Of a stretch of 64,000 bases of DNA, positions 8,283-17,781 are shown in pieces; position 1 is the first letter of the stretch; every line of letters starts with the position of its first letter. Below the pieces are notes generated by a model. That model saw only the letters and a list, made by a program, of their open reading frames with translations, made no database searches and was not told the origin of the DNA. The translations under genes were made by a program, and so were the position numbers. This stretch comes from a virus: positions 1 through 64,000 of the IMG/VR virus record IMGVR_UViG_3300033148_007360; one strand, written 5' to 3'.

Positions 8283-9065
8283 CTACTCACCTACTAATCC
8301 TTTCAGAACACTGGGATACTCCCCCTTATATTCACATATCCCCTTACGTCGTCGTAACAACCGCTGAAAAAGCGGCATTTGTTCATAATTTTCCGGCCAT
8401 GCACACGTAGCACTCTCAATCTTCTTAGCCCATTTAAAATGTAAAAAAGCTGGCTTGTCTATAGAAACGGTTTTCCCGCGTGGCCCACAAAAACATTCTG
8501 TGAATTTGCCGTTTTTGTAAAAAGTCTTGTCCGTTACCTTAAATACACGGGGTTCCGCCCCCGTATATACCCTCTCCCCAACACGCCTCAACTCTTTTCC
8601 TACAATATCAACACCATACAGAGTAATGGTATCACACTTACCCTCTACTATTCTATCTTTAATCTCACGACCCAACCAATCCATCCCAACCATATCCCCA
8701 TCCCATTTGCACACCCAACTACAACTTGTTTTTGATAAGCACCAATTATAAAAATAAGTTCTACTATAAACAGTATCTTCTGGATTCTTTTCATACTCGG
8801 GCCCGTTCGCAAAACAATCAAATGGATACTGATATATCCTTACGGTATCAAGATTCATACTCCTGACGATTTCCTCCGAAGCATCTTTTGAATTGTTGAA
8901 CACAACCACTATCTCATCAATCCAATCTTTTATAGACAATAAACTGTAATAAATCCATTCCTCCTCATCCCTTATCCGTACCATGGCAGACACACCAGAT
9001 CTTCGATTCAAGGCTGAAATTTCAACGTTATAAGCATCAAAACCTTCCCTATTACATAACCTCAT
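8283..9065 (-). CDS. GT-A glycosyltransferase, CgtA-like
   Basis: SAMVRIRDEEEWI, YFYNWCLSK, KWDGD. Confidence 0.8.
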   Translation of the reverse strand: MRLCNREGFDAYNVEISALNRRSGVSAMVRIRDEEEWIYYSLLSIKDWIDEIVVVFNNSKDASEEIVRSMNLDTVRIYQYPFDCFANGPEYEKNPEDTVYSRTYFYNWCLSKTSCSWVCKWDGDMVGMDWLGREIKDRIVEGKCDTITLYGVDIVGKELRRVGERVYTGAEPRVFKVTDKTFYKNGKFTECFCGPRGKTVSIDKPAFLHFKWAKKIESATCAWPENYEQMPLFQRLLRRRKGICEYKGEYPSVLKGLVGE

Positions 9066-9784
9066 CCTGACCTCCGCAAAAAATATCTTCCAAGACTATT
9101 TCTAGTAAGAACCGTATCAACCACACTTTGAGGTACCCTACCTACCAGATTATATATCAAACCACTCTCCACCTCATTATATGGATATGGCGGCTTTTCC
9201 GCCAACCCATAAACATTGTGTTTATCTTGCCAAATGTTTCCAGCCGACACATCAAATCCAACCACCGCCAGAAGATATAACAACTGTGCCACATTCCACC
9301 CTGAATAAAAATGCCCGCTCACCGCTATGTCTTTGTAGAGGGGCACCACAACAGCAACGAAACCATGCGGTTTCAACGCACCATACACACGCCACAAGAG
9401 GTACATAGGTGAAAAACTATGTTCTAAGATGTGGTGTAACCAGACAATATCAACGCTTCCATCCCTAGGAATTAAATGCATATCCCCCTCTATCAACTTG
9501 ATGTTCTCCGCATGGGAAGCCAAGTTAAACATTTCATCCGTAGGAGACACATCATAACATACAACTTGAAAACATCGTTCCGAAAAGAAGCTCGTATGAA
9601 ATCCGTATCCAGGCCCCAGTTCCACCACAACAGAATCCTCCCGAACTGGCAACATCTTCAAAAAATGTTCGGACTTGCTATATAACCTTAGAGCCGCCTC
9701 TTTGTGATAGTTTTGATTTTTAACTTCCGTCCGCGGTACCCTACATACCCTATTGTACCAAGACAGAAAGTTGTTGAAACTCAT
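9062..9784 (-). CDS. Class I SAM-dependent methyltransferase
   Basis: VELGPGYG, GDMH, HILEH, LKPHG. Confidence 0.88.
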   Translation of the reverse strand: MSFNNFLSWYNRVCRVPRTEVKNQNYHKEAALRLYSKSEHFLKMLPVREDSVVVELGPGYGFHTSFFSERCFQVVCYDVSPTDEMFNLASHAENIKLIEGDMHLIPRDGSVDIVWLHHILEHSFSPMYLLWRVYGALKPHGFVAVVVPLYKDIAVSGHFYSGWNVAQLLYLLAVVGFDVSAGNIWQDKHNVYGLAEKPPYPYNEVESGLIYNLVGRVPQSVVDTVLTRNSLGRYFLRRSG

Positions 9785-9794
9785 GACTACACCC

Positions 9795-10400
9795 TCACGA
9801 AAACTTCCGCAGGATAACCCCCCTCTTACATTTAGCCACCACTTTCAAATTAGGTAACACCCCATGTTCAATCTCGCGTAACACTCTGCCCGGACCGGGG
9901 AACCGACTGGAAAACACGTCATCAAGACTAATTATCCCACGAGGCGATAATACTTTAAACCAATTTTCCGTATCCCAGTTTACAGCCTCAAAACTGTGGT
10001 CGCCATCCACAAAAACAAAACTTACTTTACGAGGATAAAACAAGTTATATGCTTCCCTTGAAGTGGCGCAAATAAGATGATACCGATACGTAATATCCAC
10101 TACAGTCCGATGCTTCACAAACGAAGCAAAATGCTTTTCCTCGGAACTGTAAAACGGATCTATCCCCCATACATGCTTGTTTGACCCAATATGCTCAAGA
10201 ACCCTTGCTAAAAATAATCCGGTTCTCCCAGTCCTTACACCAACTTCAACAACATCACCAGAGATACCATCAATCCCCATCAAAAAGGAACCCATCAGCG
10301 CCGCAAACTCTTTCATGCCAGCAGCCACACCGTCTATTGGCGCTAAATCCTTAAACGCTTTATCCAACACTACATCAACATCCATCAATAAGCCATCCAC
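9795..10400 (-). CDS. Class I SAM methyltransferase (Methyltransf_24/TylF-like sugar O-methyltransferase)
   Basis: VVEVGVRTG, GIDPF, VFVDGDHS, DD. Confidence 0.88.
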   Translation of the reverse strand: MDGLLMDVDVVLDKAFKDLAPIDGVAAGMKEFAALMGSFLMGIDGISGDVVEVGVRTGRTGLFLARVLEHIGSNKHVWGIDPFYSSEEKHFASFVKHRTVVDITYRYHLICATSREAYNLFYPRKVSFVFVDGDHSFEAVNWDTENWFKVLSPRGIISLDDVFSSRFPGPGRVLREIEHGVLPNLKVVAKCKRGVILRKFS

Positions 10401-11220
10401 ACCCTATTCTATGAAACCAGTATGTCAAATCCTGCCTGTCCTTTACTGGTATCTGCCTGTCCACTAAAGCTGCAAGAAGTTTTCCTTCCCTGCCACAATG
10501 ACTGTTCAATAAGCCATCGCCTAATGCAACGGTCGGTATCCCGGCCATCGTGGTCTCCAGTAAAACAGTGGAGTTTATACCAACAACTCCAGACGCATCC
10601 TTCGCGAAGTCTAGAGCATCTCCCTCTGAAACAATCCTATTTCGTTTTCTACGTGTAGAATAGTTTCCACCTTTATCACGGGGATGCTTCTTGAACACAA
10701 TCGGATCAGGATAAGTTTCCTCTACATAATCAATAAAACTCTGCATATCCTTAAAGGGTGAATGCTCCACAATATTTGTATCGCTGGCAAGCTGAAGAGG
10801 ACAGAACAAGTAAGAATCTGCCCCGGAATAAAACCTATCTCCAATATACTCTCTGGAAAACGAATGCATTCTGGAAATCTTATCGTGATCAACCCACGAC
10901 AAATCATCCTCGCAGAGGGATGACTTCGCGTTTATGCCCTTGCTATCTAAATGCCAGAATTTATTCTGAGGGAACCAACCCACCTCCATGATAGTGTAAC
11001 CCACCCCGTTCTCCGCTGCAATATTTAGAACTGAACGCGAGAACCTACAACTCCCATTCCAAATGAACACATGATAGGCATTCCTTATCCATTTCTTTAC
11101 ATCCGACTCCGAGGATGTGCGGCGCACATCCCACCCATTATCTTCCAAAAACCGTGGAAGGGCTTTAAACCACTCGAAATGGTTCTCGTGCTTATGATAG
11201 ATAAGGATTAGTTGTGTCAT
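10375..11220 (-). CDS. KpsS/KpsC-like capsular polysaccharide biosynthesis protein
   Basis: EVGWFP, DSKGIN, PLQLASDTNI, FKKHPRD, INSTVLLE. Confidence 0.8.
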   Translation of the reverse strand: MTQLILIYHKHENHFEWFKALPRFLEDNGWDVRRTSSESDVKKWIRNAYHVFIWNGSCRFSRSVLNIAAENGVGYTIMEVGWFPQNKFWHLDSKGINAKSSLCEDDLSWVDHDKISRMHSFSREYIGDRFYSGADSYLFCPLQLASDTNIVEHSPFKDMQSFIDYVEETYPDPIVFKKHPRDKGGNYSTRRKRNRIVSEGDALDFAKDASGVVGINSTVLLETTMAGIPTVALGDGLLNSHCGREGKLLAALVDRQIPVKDRQDLTYWFHRIGCGWLIDGC

Positions 11221-11816
11221 GCGTACTTATTCAAAAATTCTTTTGTGCGTGGGTGGTATTGATGGAAATAACCGTCCACTACATCCCGTACAACTTTTAT
11301 CCCCGACTTTTGTGTCGCCTTGAAAAACCACGCATCCTCCCGGCCCCATTCTTTCCTCGTCTCATCCCACTTTCCAGTCTTCTCAAAATCCTTCCGAGTG
11401 ATGCCACATACACCATATCCCCACTTAGCCAAGACTTCGGGCTTCCCATCCTGATTCAACATTCGCACGATAGGAAAAAATGCCTGTCCGGCTCTTACCT
11501 TGGAATCAACCAACGATACAAAATTCTTAGGAAAGAGTAAGTCTGCATCAATAAACAGTACCTTATCGGCAGTCGAGAGACCAAATCCGGCGTTTAACCC
11601 AACAGACCTGTTGAAGGGCCTTTCAATCTGCTTGAAATGAAACGAGAACGGCGAATTCTTAGTTACCCCGAACACGTCGCCATCATCCGAATAGAAATCC
11701 ACAACTACAAATTCCACATCCCCCGTATAATCCTGCCGGGAAAGAGTATCCACCATTTTAGTAAAATTTTTAAACCGATTACACACGGTTACGATGACTG
11801 AAATCGCCACAAGCAC
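11217..11816 (-). CDS. GT2/GT7-like glycosyltransferase
   Basis: PFNRSVGLNAG, FIDAD, WGRED, HQYH. Confidence 0.88.
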   Translation of the reverse strand: MLVAISVIVTVCNRFKNFTKMVDTLSRQDYTGDVEFVVVDFYSDDGDVFGVTKNSPFSFHFKQIERPFNRSVGLNAGFGLSTADKVLFIDADLLFPKNFVSLVDSKVRAGQAFFPIVRMLNQDGKPEVLAKWGYGVCGITRKDFEKTGKWDETRKEWGREDAWFFKATQKSGIKVVRDVVDGYFHQYHPRTKEFLNKYA

Positions 11817-11822
11817 ACTCCT

Positions 11823-12488
11823 CTAAGTAGGCCACCGCCCATGCCTCGCATAATAAATCATAGCGTGGTAGTCTTTGTAGGACTTCAAAAAATCCAAAGA
11901 CAAGGGGTGGTCTGGCCCGTTCAACGCCTCCCACCCCTTATCAATCCAAACTATCTTCCCTCGCTTTGAAACAATATTATGCTGGTAACGAGTCCAGCCA
12001 TATACAGTATGCGTACTGCCAATCCGCCCAGAAAACGCCGACTTCTTGGCCACAAAAATCCCTCCTACATGTTGAGCTATCTTGTAACCCTTAACTCTAT
12101 CGCCCTTCGGAGGAAACCCTGCAACTAATATATTTTTGTCTGTCGCCTCCTGACTGGATAGAAAATTCAAACCATAATCAAGCCAGCCAACCGGCACTAG
12201 AACATCATTGTCAACCTTTGCAAAAAACTCGAAGTCTCCGGGGACATCAAACAGAACCTTGTCCATGCAGGACGCCACACCAATAGGCTTCTTATGCTCT
12301 ATAAAATGAGAAATCTGCGGAAAATCGCTTGCTATTCCTCGTAGTCTCGCAGACATCTCAGGTGAGTTACCGTCACTTATAAAAATAAACTCGACATCAT
12401 CGAAGCAAGTGGCAGCCAACAACCGATACAACGACAGTTCCGTATAGTGCGGACGTTCCCGCGCAAACATACAAAGGCGTACCCGCAT
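11823..12488 (-). CDS. GT-A glycosyltransferase
   Basis: ISDGNS, AKVDNDVLVPVGWL. Confidence 0.8.
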   Translation of the reverse strand: MRVRLCMFARERPHYTELSLYRLLAATCFDDVEFIFISDGNSPEMSARLRGIASDFPQISHFIEHKKPIGVASCMDKVLFDVPGDFEFFAKVDNDVLVPVGWLDYGLNFLSSQEATDKNILVAGFPPKGDRVKGYKIAQHVGGIFVAKKSAFSGRIGSTHTVYGWTRYQHNIVSKRGKIVWIDKGWEALNGPDHPLSLDFLKSYKDYHAMIYYARHGRWPT

Positions 12489-12519
12489 CCTTAAATCTCC
12501 TCCTGTTTTCCATTCACTA

Positions 12520-12939
12520 CTAATCTATGCGCTGCCAGATTTCAAAGACACACGCACCGATTTCCACATCGGATGCACCGTCTTCGGCCAGCTTAAAACA
12601 ACACCGACACTCCCTTGTTGTCGTCGCCCATATGACTTCCTCATCAGACGGCCACCCTGACGACCGTGTATAACGCCCTATTGCACCAGTAAGAGCACCC
12701 AAATACCAAGCAACCGTCGTCGCATTTTCTCCACCAGGCAGACAAGCCACCATAAAATCAAGAACACCGTTATTGTCAACATCAGTAATTTTCACTTTAA
12801 CATTACAACCAACGCTGGCCATCAGTGCTTCAATGGAATCACTTGCCTCTTGTTTCTTCTTCTCACTAAGCCCGAAAACCGGCGCTACCGACATAACCGT
12901 ACATACAGCCACAACGATAAAAACCCTTCTACCTCTCAT
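12520..12939 (-). CDS. Exported hypothetical protein
   Basis: Basic/hydrophobic signal peptide; DVDNNGVLDF Ca-loop-like motif. Confidence 0.65.
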   Translation of the reverse strand: MRGRRVFIVVAVCTVMSVAPVFGLSEKKKQEASDSIEALMASVGCNVKVKITDVDNNGVLDFMVACLPGGENATTVAWYLGALTGAIGRYTRSSGWPSDEEVIWATTTRECRCCFKLAEDGASDVEIGACVFEIWQRID

Positions 12940-13385
12940 CCGCTTTCTCCTCTCATCGCTGAAATTTTGGGAAATCCAGAATCCTCACAACTCGTTCCTC
13001 TAAAAACCACAACGGCACTTGGAAACGGTGCCGACCCTCCCCGGTCATCAAATTTCAACCTCCCCTTAACAAACCTCACCTCGTCCGCCTTCATAACATA
13101 ATCATGCCACCATCTCGTATCTGTCCGAGATGGGATAAGCATTACCACTAACTTCCCCCTCTGCGACTCTTCATACGCCTTCGCCACCCAGTGCTTGATT
13201 TGATTACCATAAGGCGGATTAACAAAGTTCCGCGTCCCCCACTCAACGCTAAGACCGTCGAAATCAGGTTCCGTAGGACATGGATCAAAATCAAATTTAA
13301 ACTCGGCATTCAAGACATCATAAAAAGCTCTTGGCGTCGCCCAATTCAACCTGTTCGAGGAAAATAAACCGTTACGATTAAACAT
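12936..13385 (-). CDS. Phage DNA N6-adenine methyltransferase (Dam-like)
   Basis: WATP, FDFDPC, NPPYG, LIPSRTDTRWWH, GRLKF, APFPS. Confidence 0.93.
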   Translation of the reverse strand: MFNRNGLFSSNRLNWATPRAFYDVLNAEFKFDFDPCPTEPDFDGLSVEWGTRNFVNPPYGNQIKHWVAKAYEESQRGKLVVMLIPSRTDTRWWHDYVMKADEVRFVKGRLKFDDRGGSAPFPSAVVVFRGTSCEDSGFPKISAMRGESG

Positions 13386-13412
13386 CGTCCAGCCTCTTGT
13401 CAAAGTGCCTGA

Positions 13413-13658
13413 CTAATGCTGACGTCTCTTGAAGTTCTTTTCGAGCCACTTGCTCTGCTCCTCCAAAGGCACACTCCGAAAATACTTTTCAGGACACAGA
13501 GACGGAACCAGCGCTCTTAATTCAGCTTGCGACAGTTCCGCACTCGTATAAATCCTTCCCTCCAGATTTTTACCCTTGACGTCCTTTTGGAGATCTACCG
13601 CCCACGGAACGCGGTTGCTCTTTCCACAAAAACGATTCCTGAACTTCCTTTTACTCAT
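13413..13658 (-). CDS. Hypothetical protein
   Basis: Coupled ORF. Confidence 0.6.
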   Translation of the reverse strand: MSKRKFRNRFCGKSNRVPWAVDLQKDVKGKNLEGRIYTSAELSQAELRALVPSLCPEKYFRSVPLEEQSKWLEKNFKRRQH

Positions 13659-14487
13659 TAGAAATCAACCACTGAAAAGCATCATCTGGAGACACACCGT
13701 TTTCAATCATCCTACAGGCTTCATTTACCCGCTCGCTCCCATACTTGGCGGAAAACGCCGAGGCAGGCCCGGGTGGGCCGTCAGGCTTCCTCCCGCCGAG
13801 ATGAGCCAACCATCCAGAATTACCAGACGGATAATTCTCAGGATTGTAAGGGTTTACAACATCGGCCCAGAAAAACTTGGGCCGCAGAACGGCGGACTCT
13901 TGGGGTATGCCCTCCGGGGAAGCCTCGGGAGCACCAGCAGGAGCAATACGCAAGGGGTGGTACCGTTTCCATTCAAACCAGCCATCTGCAAACGTTTTCT
14001 GGGAAACGTGCCTAGCCAGCTCCCGCTTCCCACCATCATGAAACAGCAGGAAAATGCCATCATCCCAGTCTCCCCACAAAACACTCTCCTGACAGAACTT
14101 CCGCAGGATCTTTTCTGCATCACCCCGTGACATCCGGGGGACAAACAGAGAAGGCTCAAATATCGCTCGCTCAGCCCCCTTGGCCTTATACGCTCCCCTC
14201 CCGGTAACATACCCGTATCCCATTGACCTCACCGTCCTTTGAAGCCTCTCGTAAGCCCTGTTGTTATACTCGTTAAGATCTTGGGGCCTTTTAATATCAG
14301 CCGCTTCAAAACACGGCTTGTTGGCTTCGGGCATCCGCCCGCTCGCATCATATCCGATATTCGCACTCACGAGCGCGAACGACTCTCCGCTCTGAATATG
14401 AGAAAGCAATCGCCCGAAAGAAGTCTCGGTTACAAACCGACCATCCCGTAACAGCAACTCTACATAAGTCCTGTCCTTTTCATCCAT
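13651..14487 (-). CDS. Hypothetical phage protein
   Basis: ETSFGRLLSH...FALVSA...MGYGY...QESVLW; has its own promoter and SD. Confidence 0.75.
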   Translation of the reverse strand: MDEKDRTYVELLLRDGRFVTETSFGRLLSHIQSGESFALVSANIGYDASGRMPEANKPCFEAADIKRPQDLNEYNNRAYERLQRTVRSMGYGYVTGRGAYKAKGAERAIFEPSLFVPRMSRGDAEKILRKFCQESVLWGDWDDGIFLLFHDGGKRELARHVSQKTFADGWFEWKRYHPLRIAPAGAPEASPEGIPQESAVLRPKFFWADVVNPYNPENYPSGNSGWLAHLGGRKPDGPPGPASAFSAKYGSERVNEACRMIENGVSPDDAFQWLISNE

Positions 14488-14510
14488 AACATCTCCTCCT
14501 CCTGCCTCCT

Positions 14511-14539
14511 AGAATACAACCCCAAATCACGATTGTCAA
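14511..14539 (-). promoter_or_regulatory. sigma70-type promoter
   Basis: TTGACA-17-TATTCT. Confidence 0.7.
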
Positions 14540-14551
14540 GAGAGTCACCCC

Positions 14552-14794
14552 CTAAGATGTTTCACCGTCCTCATGCCCACCCTTAACACTGGCCAGTAAA
14601 ATGCTCGCGGTACGATGGATGGCCTCTTGAACCCCCATACGAAATACCTTGTTTTCCAGCCTCCCAATGACCAATTCAATGCACAAAAAAAGTGCAGACA
14701 GGGCCACCACCAGAGAAACATCCACCTCTACCCCCCTCCAACCCGCTACAACAACATAACCAATTAAGACTAAAATCCCAAGCACGCTACTCAT
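14552..14794 (-). CDS. Small membrane protein (2 TM)
   Basis: Two hydrophobic segments. Confidence 0.65.
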   Translation of the reverse strand: MSSVLGILVLIGYVVVAGWRGVEVDVSLVVALSALFLCIELVIGRLENKVFRMGVQEAIHRTASILLASVKGGHEDGETS

Positions 14795-15173
14795 GCCTTC
14801 CTCCTTTCACTTTTGCATCACAGCGCTTCCTGTCCCCGCAAGAATCCAGTGCCCGTTTCACCAGATCTCTCGGCCAGAATGATTGAATTAGCTCAAGATG
14901 CCCATCAATAATCCGCTTTGGCAAGTCTGAGCTTTGAAGAACAGATGCAGCATCGTCGTATACACAACCGTGCCACCCGCTCCCAATATAAAATGGACAC
15001 CCATCAATGTACCCATCCTTGCTCCCCTTCAACAACCTATCAGAGACTTCCATAATAGCATCTTCAAGAGTTAGATAAGACTTTGACTCCCCGTATTCCC
15101 AAGCACGATTGCTGTCCTCTACATTCAGCTCACCGCCCAAGGCAGATATCGGTCTTTGACTCCTTGACCTCAA
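14787..15173 (-). CDS. Hypothetical protein (start uncertain)
   Basis: Fills the gap between coupled genes. Confidence 0.55.
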   Translation of the reverse strand: MRSRSQRPISALGGELNVEDSNRAWEYGESKSYLTLEDAIMEVSDRLLKGSKDGYIDGCPFYIGSGWHGCVYDDAASVLQSSDLPKRIIDGHLELIQSFWPRDLVKRALDSCGDRKRCDAKVKGGRHE

Positions 15174-15528
15174 CTCTTTTCCTGCAATTGTGGTTCATGT
15201 TGGTCTGGGGAGGTACTTTACAGTACCCCCCCGACTGGTGGTTTCCACGCACCCGCTCTACGTACTCCAATGCCCGGTCGAAAGCATCCTCAGCATCCTC
15301 AATAGTTTTCTCGCGCCGGTAATCTATTGCACCCTCCACCACGATATAAGCCACCATCGCACCTATAAGAAGAACAAGTTGATTCCACGGTATCGGGCCA
15401 CCCGCCGCAGCATTAACCACCAAAGTAACCAAGCTCGCGAGCATTGTGAGAAACTTCCGGGACAAGAACTTTCCCCAGTTAATATCAACCGTAGCCAACT
15501 CCGTTACCTCCTCATAAAACCGAAGCAC
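15130..15528 (-). CDS. Holin-like protein
   Basis: LSRKF + two TMs + YIVVEGAID. Confidence 0.65.
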   Translation of the reverse strand: MLRFYEEVTELATVDINWGKFLSRKFLTMLASLVTLVVNAAAGGPIPWNQLVLLIGAMVAYIVVEGAIDYRREKTIEDAEDAFDRALEYVERVRGNHQSGGYCKVPPQTNMNHNCRKRVEVKESKTDICLGR

Positions 15529-15534
15529 GGCACC

Positions 15535-15990
15535 TTAGTCCGCACTGACAAGATAGACTAAGGCTGCAAACCCAGCGTAAATCGTGCCCCGTATGACTAT
15601 CTGTGCAGCCCTAGGGAGTTCTCGAAACCACTTCATCTTAGTCAAAAACCCAAGTTCCCCGAACTTCCCTTCCGCAGCTGCGAGTTGGGCCTCACACTGA
15701 CGCAAATCCTCTTGGCACTCTTTACCGGCCTCGGCGCACTCTTCCAAGAGGTTGATACACTCCGCAGTGCTAGCCGGGGAAAAATCAACTGCGTCCGTTG
15801 CTACAGTTGACTCTTCCAAACTAACCGGTTGCGCAGTGGCAAAATCAACCGTATCCGTTGCCGCAACCGACCCCTCAAAACCAACCGGTTGCGCGCCAGA
15901 ACCATCCATTGTCGCAGCACACGAGCAAAACAGAAAAAGTGCCATAGCAACTATTGCTGCACTCCGCCCAAACTTGAAGCCGTAACCCAT
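15535..15990 (-). CDS. Candidate unimolecular spanin (lipoprotein with C-terminal TM)
   Basis: Signal + FLFCSC lipobox-like site, coiled coil, C-terminal hydrophobic helix; lies between two holin-like genes. Confidence 0.6.
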   Translation of the reverse strand: MGYGFKFGRSAAIVAMALFLFCSCAATMDGSGAQPVGFEGSVAATDTVDFATAQPVSLEESTVATDAVDFSPASTAECINLLEECAEAGKECQEDLRQCEAQLAAAEGKFGELGFLTKMKWFRELPRAAQIVIRGTIYAGFAALVYLVSAD

Positions 15991-16051
15991 ACTCCACCTC
16001 CTTTCTGTAGTGCCAGGGTTGCTCCTTGAAGCATCACCCACAGCAGTTGTC

Positions 16052-16291
16052 TTACTTCGTCTTTTTCTTTGTTTTCGCCTGACTCGCTGCGCTCGTAGCT
16101 CCCGCAGACAGCCCGTCAGCAAGACCCTGACCAATGTTAAAAGCTCCAACTATTGCAGCAATCACAGTCAGAACAGCCGACTCTAGCCCTGGCGGTACGG
16201 TAATACCCGCAGCCGTCAAGACAGCAACCACAAGACCAACGAGAGACACCCACACCTTTTTTGAACTGAAGATGCTCTTTACTACATCCAT
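16052..16291 (-). CDS. Holin
   Basis: SSKKVW + two TMs + NIGQGLAD + basic tail KTKKKTK. Confidence 0.75.
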   Translation of the reverse strand: MDVVKSIFSSKKVWVSLVGLVVAVLTAAGITVPPGLESAVLTVIAAIVGAFNIGQGLADGLSAGATSAASQAKTKKKTK

Positions 16292-16308
16292 CTGGTTCAC
16301 CTCCTTCC

Positions 16309-16515
16309 TCACCCCAAGAGCACTCTTGGAGAAAATTCCGAGCAAGTTGACTCCGAAGTCACTCGGCGACTCTCCCAATACCTCCTCGTGTCATCCTTGA
16401 AAGTAGTCTCCGGGAGAACCGCACCCTTGCCGCAACAAAGCACTCCGTATTTGTATACGACGTGCTTGCAGTTTTTGCATACTCTTAAATACCTGTCATC
16501 ACCCACGTTCGTCAT
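16309..16515 (-). CDS. Small Cys-rich protein
   Basis: CKNCKH...C...TCSEF. Confidence 0.6.
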   Translation of the reverse strand: MTNVGDDRYLRVCKNCKHVVYKYGVLCCGKGAVLPETTFKDDTRRYWESRRVTSESTCSEFSPRVLLG

Positions 16516-16882
16516 AGTCACCCCTAACAACTCCTTGTAATATCTCCCCAAACCAATCAAGGCAGGATGCCGGGCCTCCAACAGACTGCGCAGGACAACT
16601 TATTCCATGAAAAAGCTTGATAACTCTGCTCGCATCCATACCATCCTGCAACGATTTGCTGATAACACCAGCCAACCCATCAAATACAGACCTCCTGCAA
16701 TCTCCACCCTTACCAACTGTTATAAAAACCTCAACGGGCCGCCGACAATCCTCCGGGTCAACCGACACCCGGAAAAAGAACGAGAACGGCTCCCCTCCCT
16801 CCCGACAATAAAATTTACGCCGGAACGTGAGAGTCGGCAGCACATCGGGGCGATCAAAACTGCGGGGCCGAGAGTTTATCAA
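16499..16882 (-). CDS. Stand-alone TSCPD-domain protein (NrdJb-like, class II RNR C-terminal)
   Basis: EVFITVGKGG, ISKSLQDG, GISC, SCLD. Confidence 0.8.
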   Translation of the reverse strand: MINSRPRSFDRPDVLPTLTFRRKFYCREGGEPFSFFFRVSVDPEDCRRPVEVFITVGKGGDCRRSVFDGLAGVISKSLQDGMDASRVIKLFHGISCPAQSVGGPASCLDWFGEILQGVVRGDYDERG

Positions 16883-17177
16883 CTGTCTCCCCGCTATCGT
16901 TTAACACATAAGCTTTTGTATCAAAGACGCCCACCTGCCGGACGCCATACTGATCTTCATACTCAACCCTGACACCCAAATGAGTCAACGTGTTAGGATG
17001 TTTTGTTATAACTCGTATACTCAGTTGCTCGGCCCCCTCAGAAATAAACTTGGATATGTCCGTAACCTCCCAATCAAGCCAAGACCCCACATCCACCTCC
17101 CTCCACTTTGTTTCCCTCCGCTCACTTCCATCCGGTAGCTGTATCACATTCTCTCCAGTCGCTATTTTCAGATGCAT
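16854..17177 (-). CDS. Hypothetical phage protein
   Basis: C-terminal AYVLNDSGETVDKL; SD. Confidence 0.7.
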   Translation of the reverse strand: MHLKIATGENVIQLPDGSERRETKWREVDVGSWLDWEVTDISKFISEGAEQLSIRVITKHPNTLTHLGVRVEYEDQYGVRQVGVFDTKAYVLNDSGETVDKLSAPQF

Positions 17178-17189
17178 GCTGTCTCCTTT

Positions 17190-17296
17190 CCTCTCACAAA
17201 GCTCATATTTGAATTATGCAGCGCTTTCCATCCTTAAGGGGGTTATATACCCTCCGAAAACAATAAAGATGGCTTAGAACGAAAACATAGCCCTCT
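17190..17296. repeat. Dispersed ~110-bp imperfect palindrome, copy B
   Basis: gctcatatttgaattatgcagcgcttt...taaggggg...ccct...ggcttagaacgaaaacatagccc. Confidence 0.7.
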
Positions 17297-17781
17297 TACC
17301 GCCATTCCATTCCTATCACCCAATACCCCTCAGTATACAACAAATTTTCATCAATTTCAACCCCCGTGAGCGATTCCCAGACGGACTTCTTCGCATCCCG
17401 TTCCTCCCCAGTTAGTATCACCCTAAACTGCGATCCCCTTTCGTCATCAGTGGACAAGGCCACAGTAGGATAAAAACCTTTTGACATTGCAGTGAATAAC
17501 GCCTTGACCGCATCCCTATTCACAATAACAAGTTCCGGCAACCGCTGGCAAAAGAACTCCACAAGAAAAGAGTGAAGACTCTTGCCCGGCGTCTGGACTA
17601 AAGTCGTGTACCCCAACTCACTCTGTCCTTCGTACAACCGAGACACGTCATAGTTCCTGGAGACACACGCATAAATTCTACTCTCTTGGCTCGACCATAA
17701 CCTCCGCATTGTCCCACCGGACTTACCCACTAAATCCTCCGGTGAGTCCGCTACAACTAATCCAGTCTCACACTTAATCAT
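17296..17781 (-). CDS. Hypothetical protein
   Basis: Coupled ORF. Confidence 0.65.
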   Translation of the reverse strand: MIKCETGLVVADSPEDLVGKSGGTMRRLWSSQESRIYACVSRNYDVSRLYEGQSELGYTTLVQTPGKSLHSFLVEFFCQRLPELVIVNRDAVKALFTAMSKGFYPTVALSTDDERGSQFRVILTGEERDAKKSVWESLTGVEIDENLLYTEGYWVIGMEWR

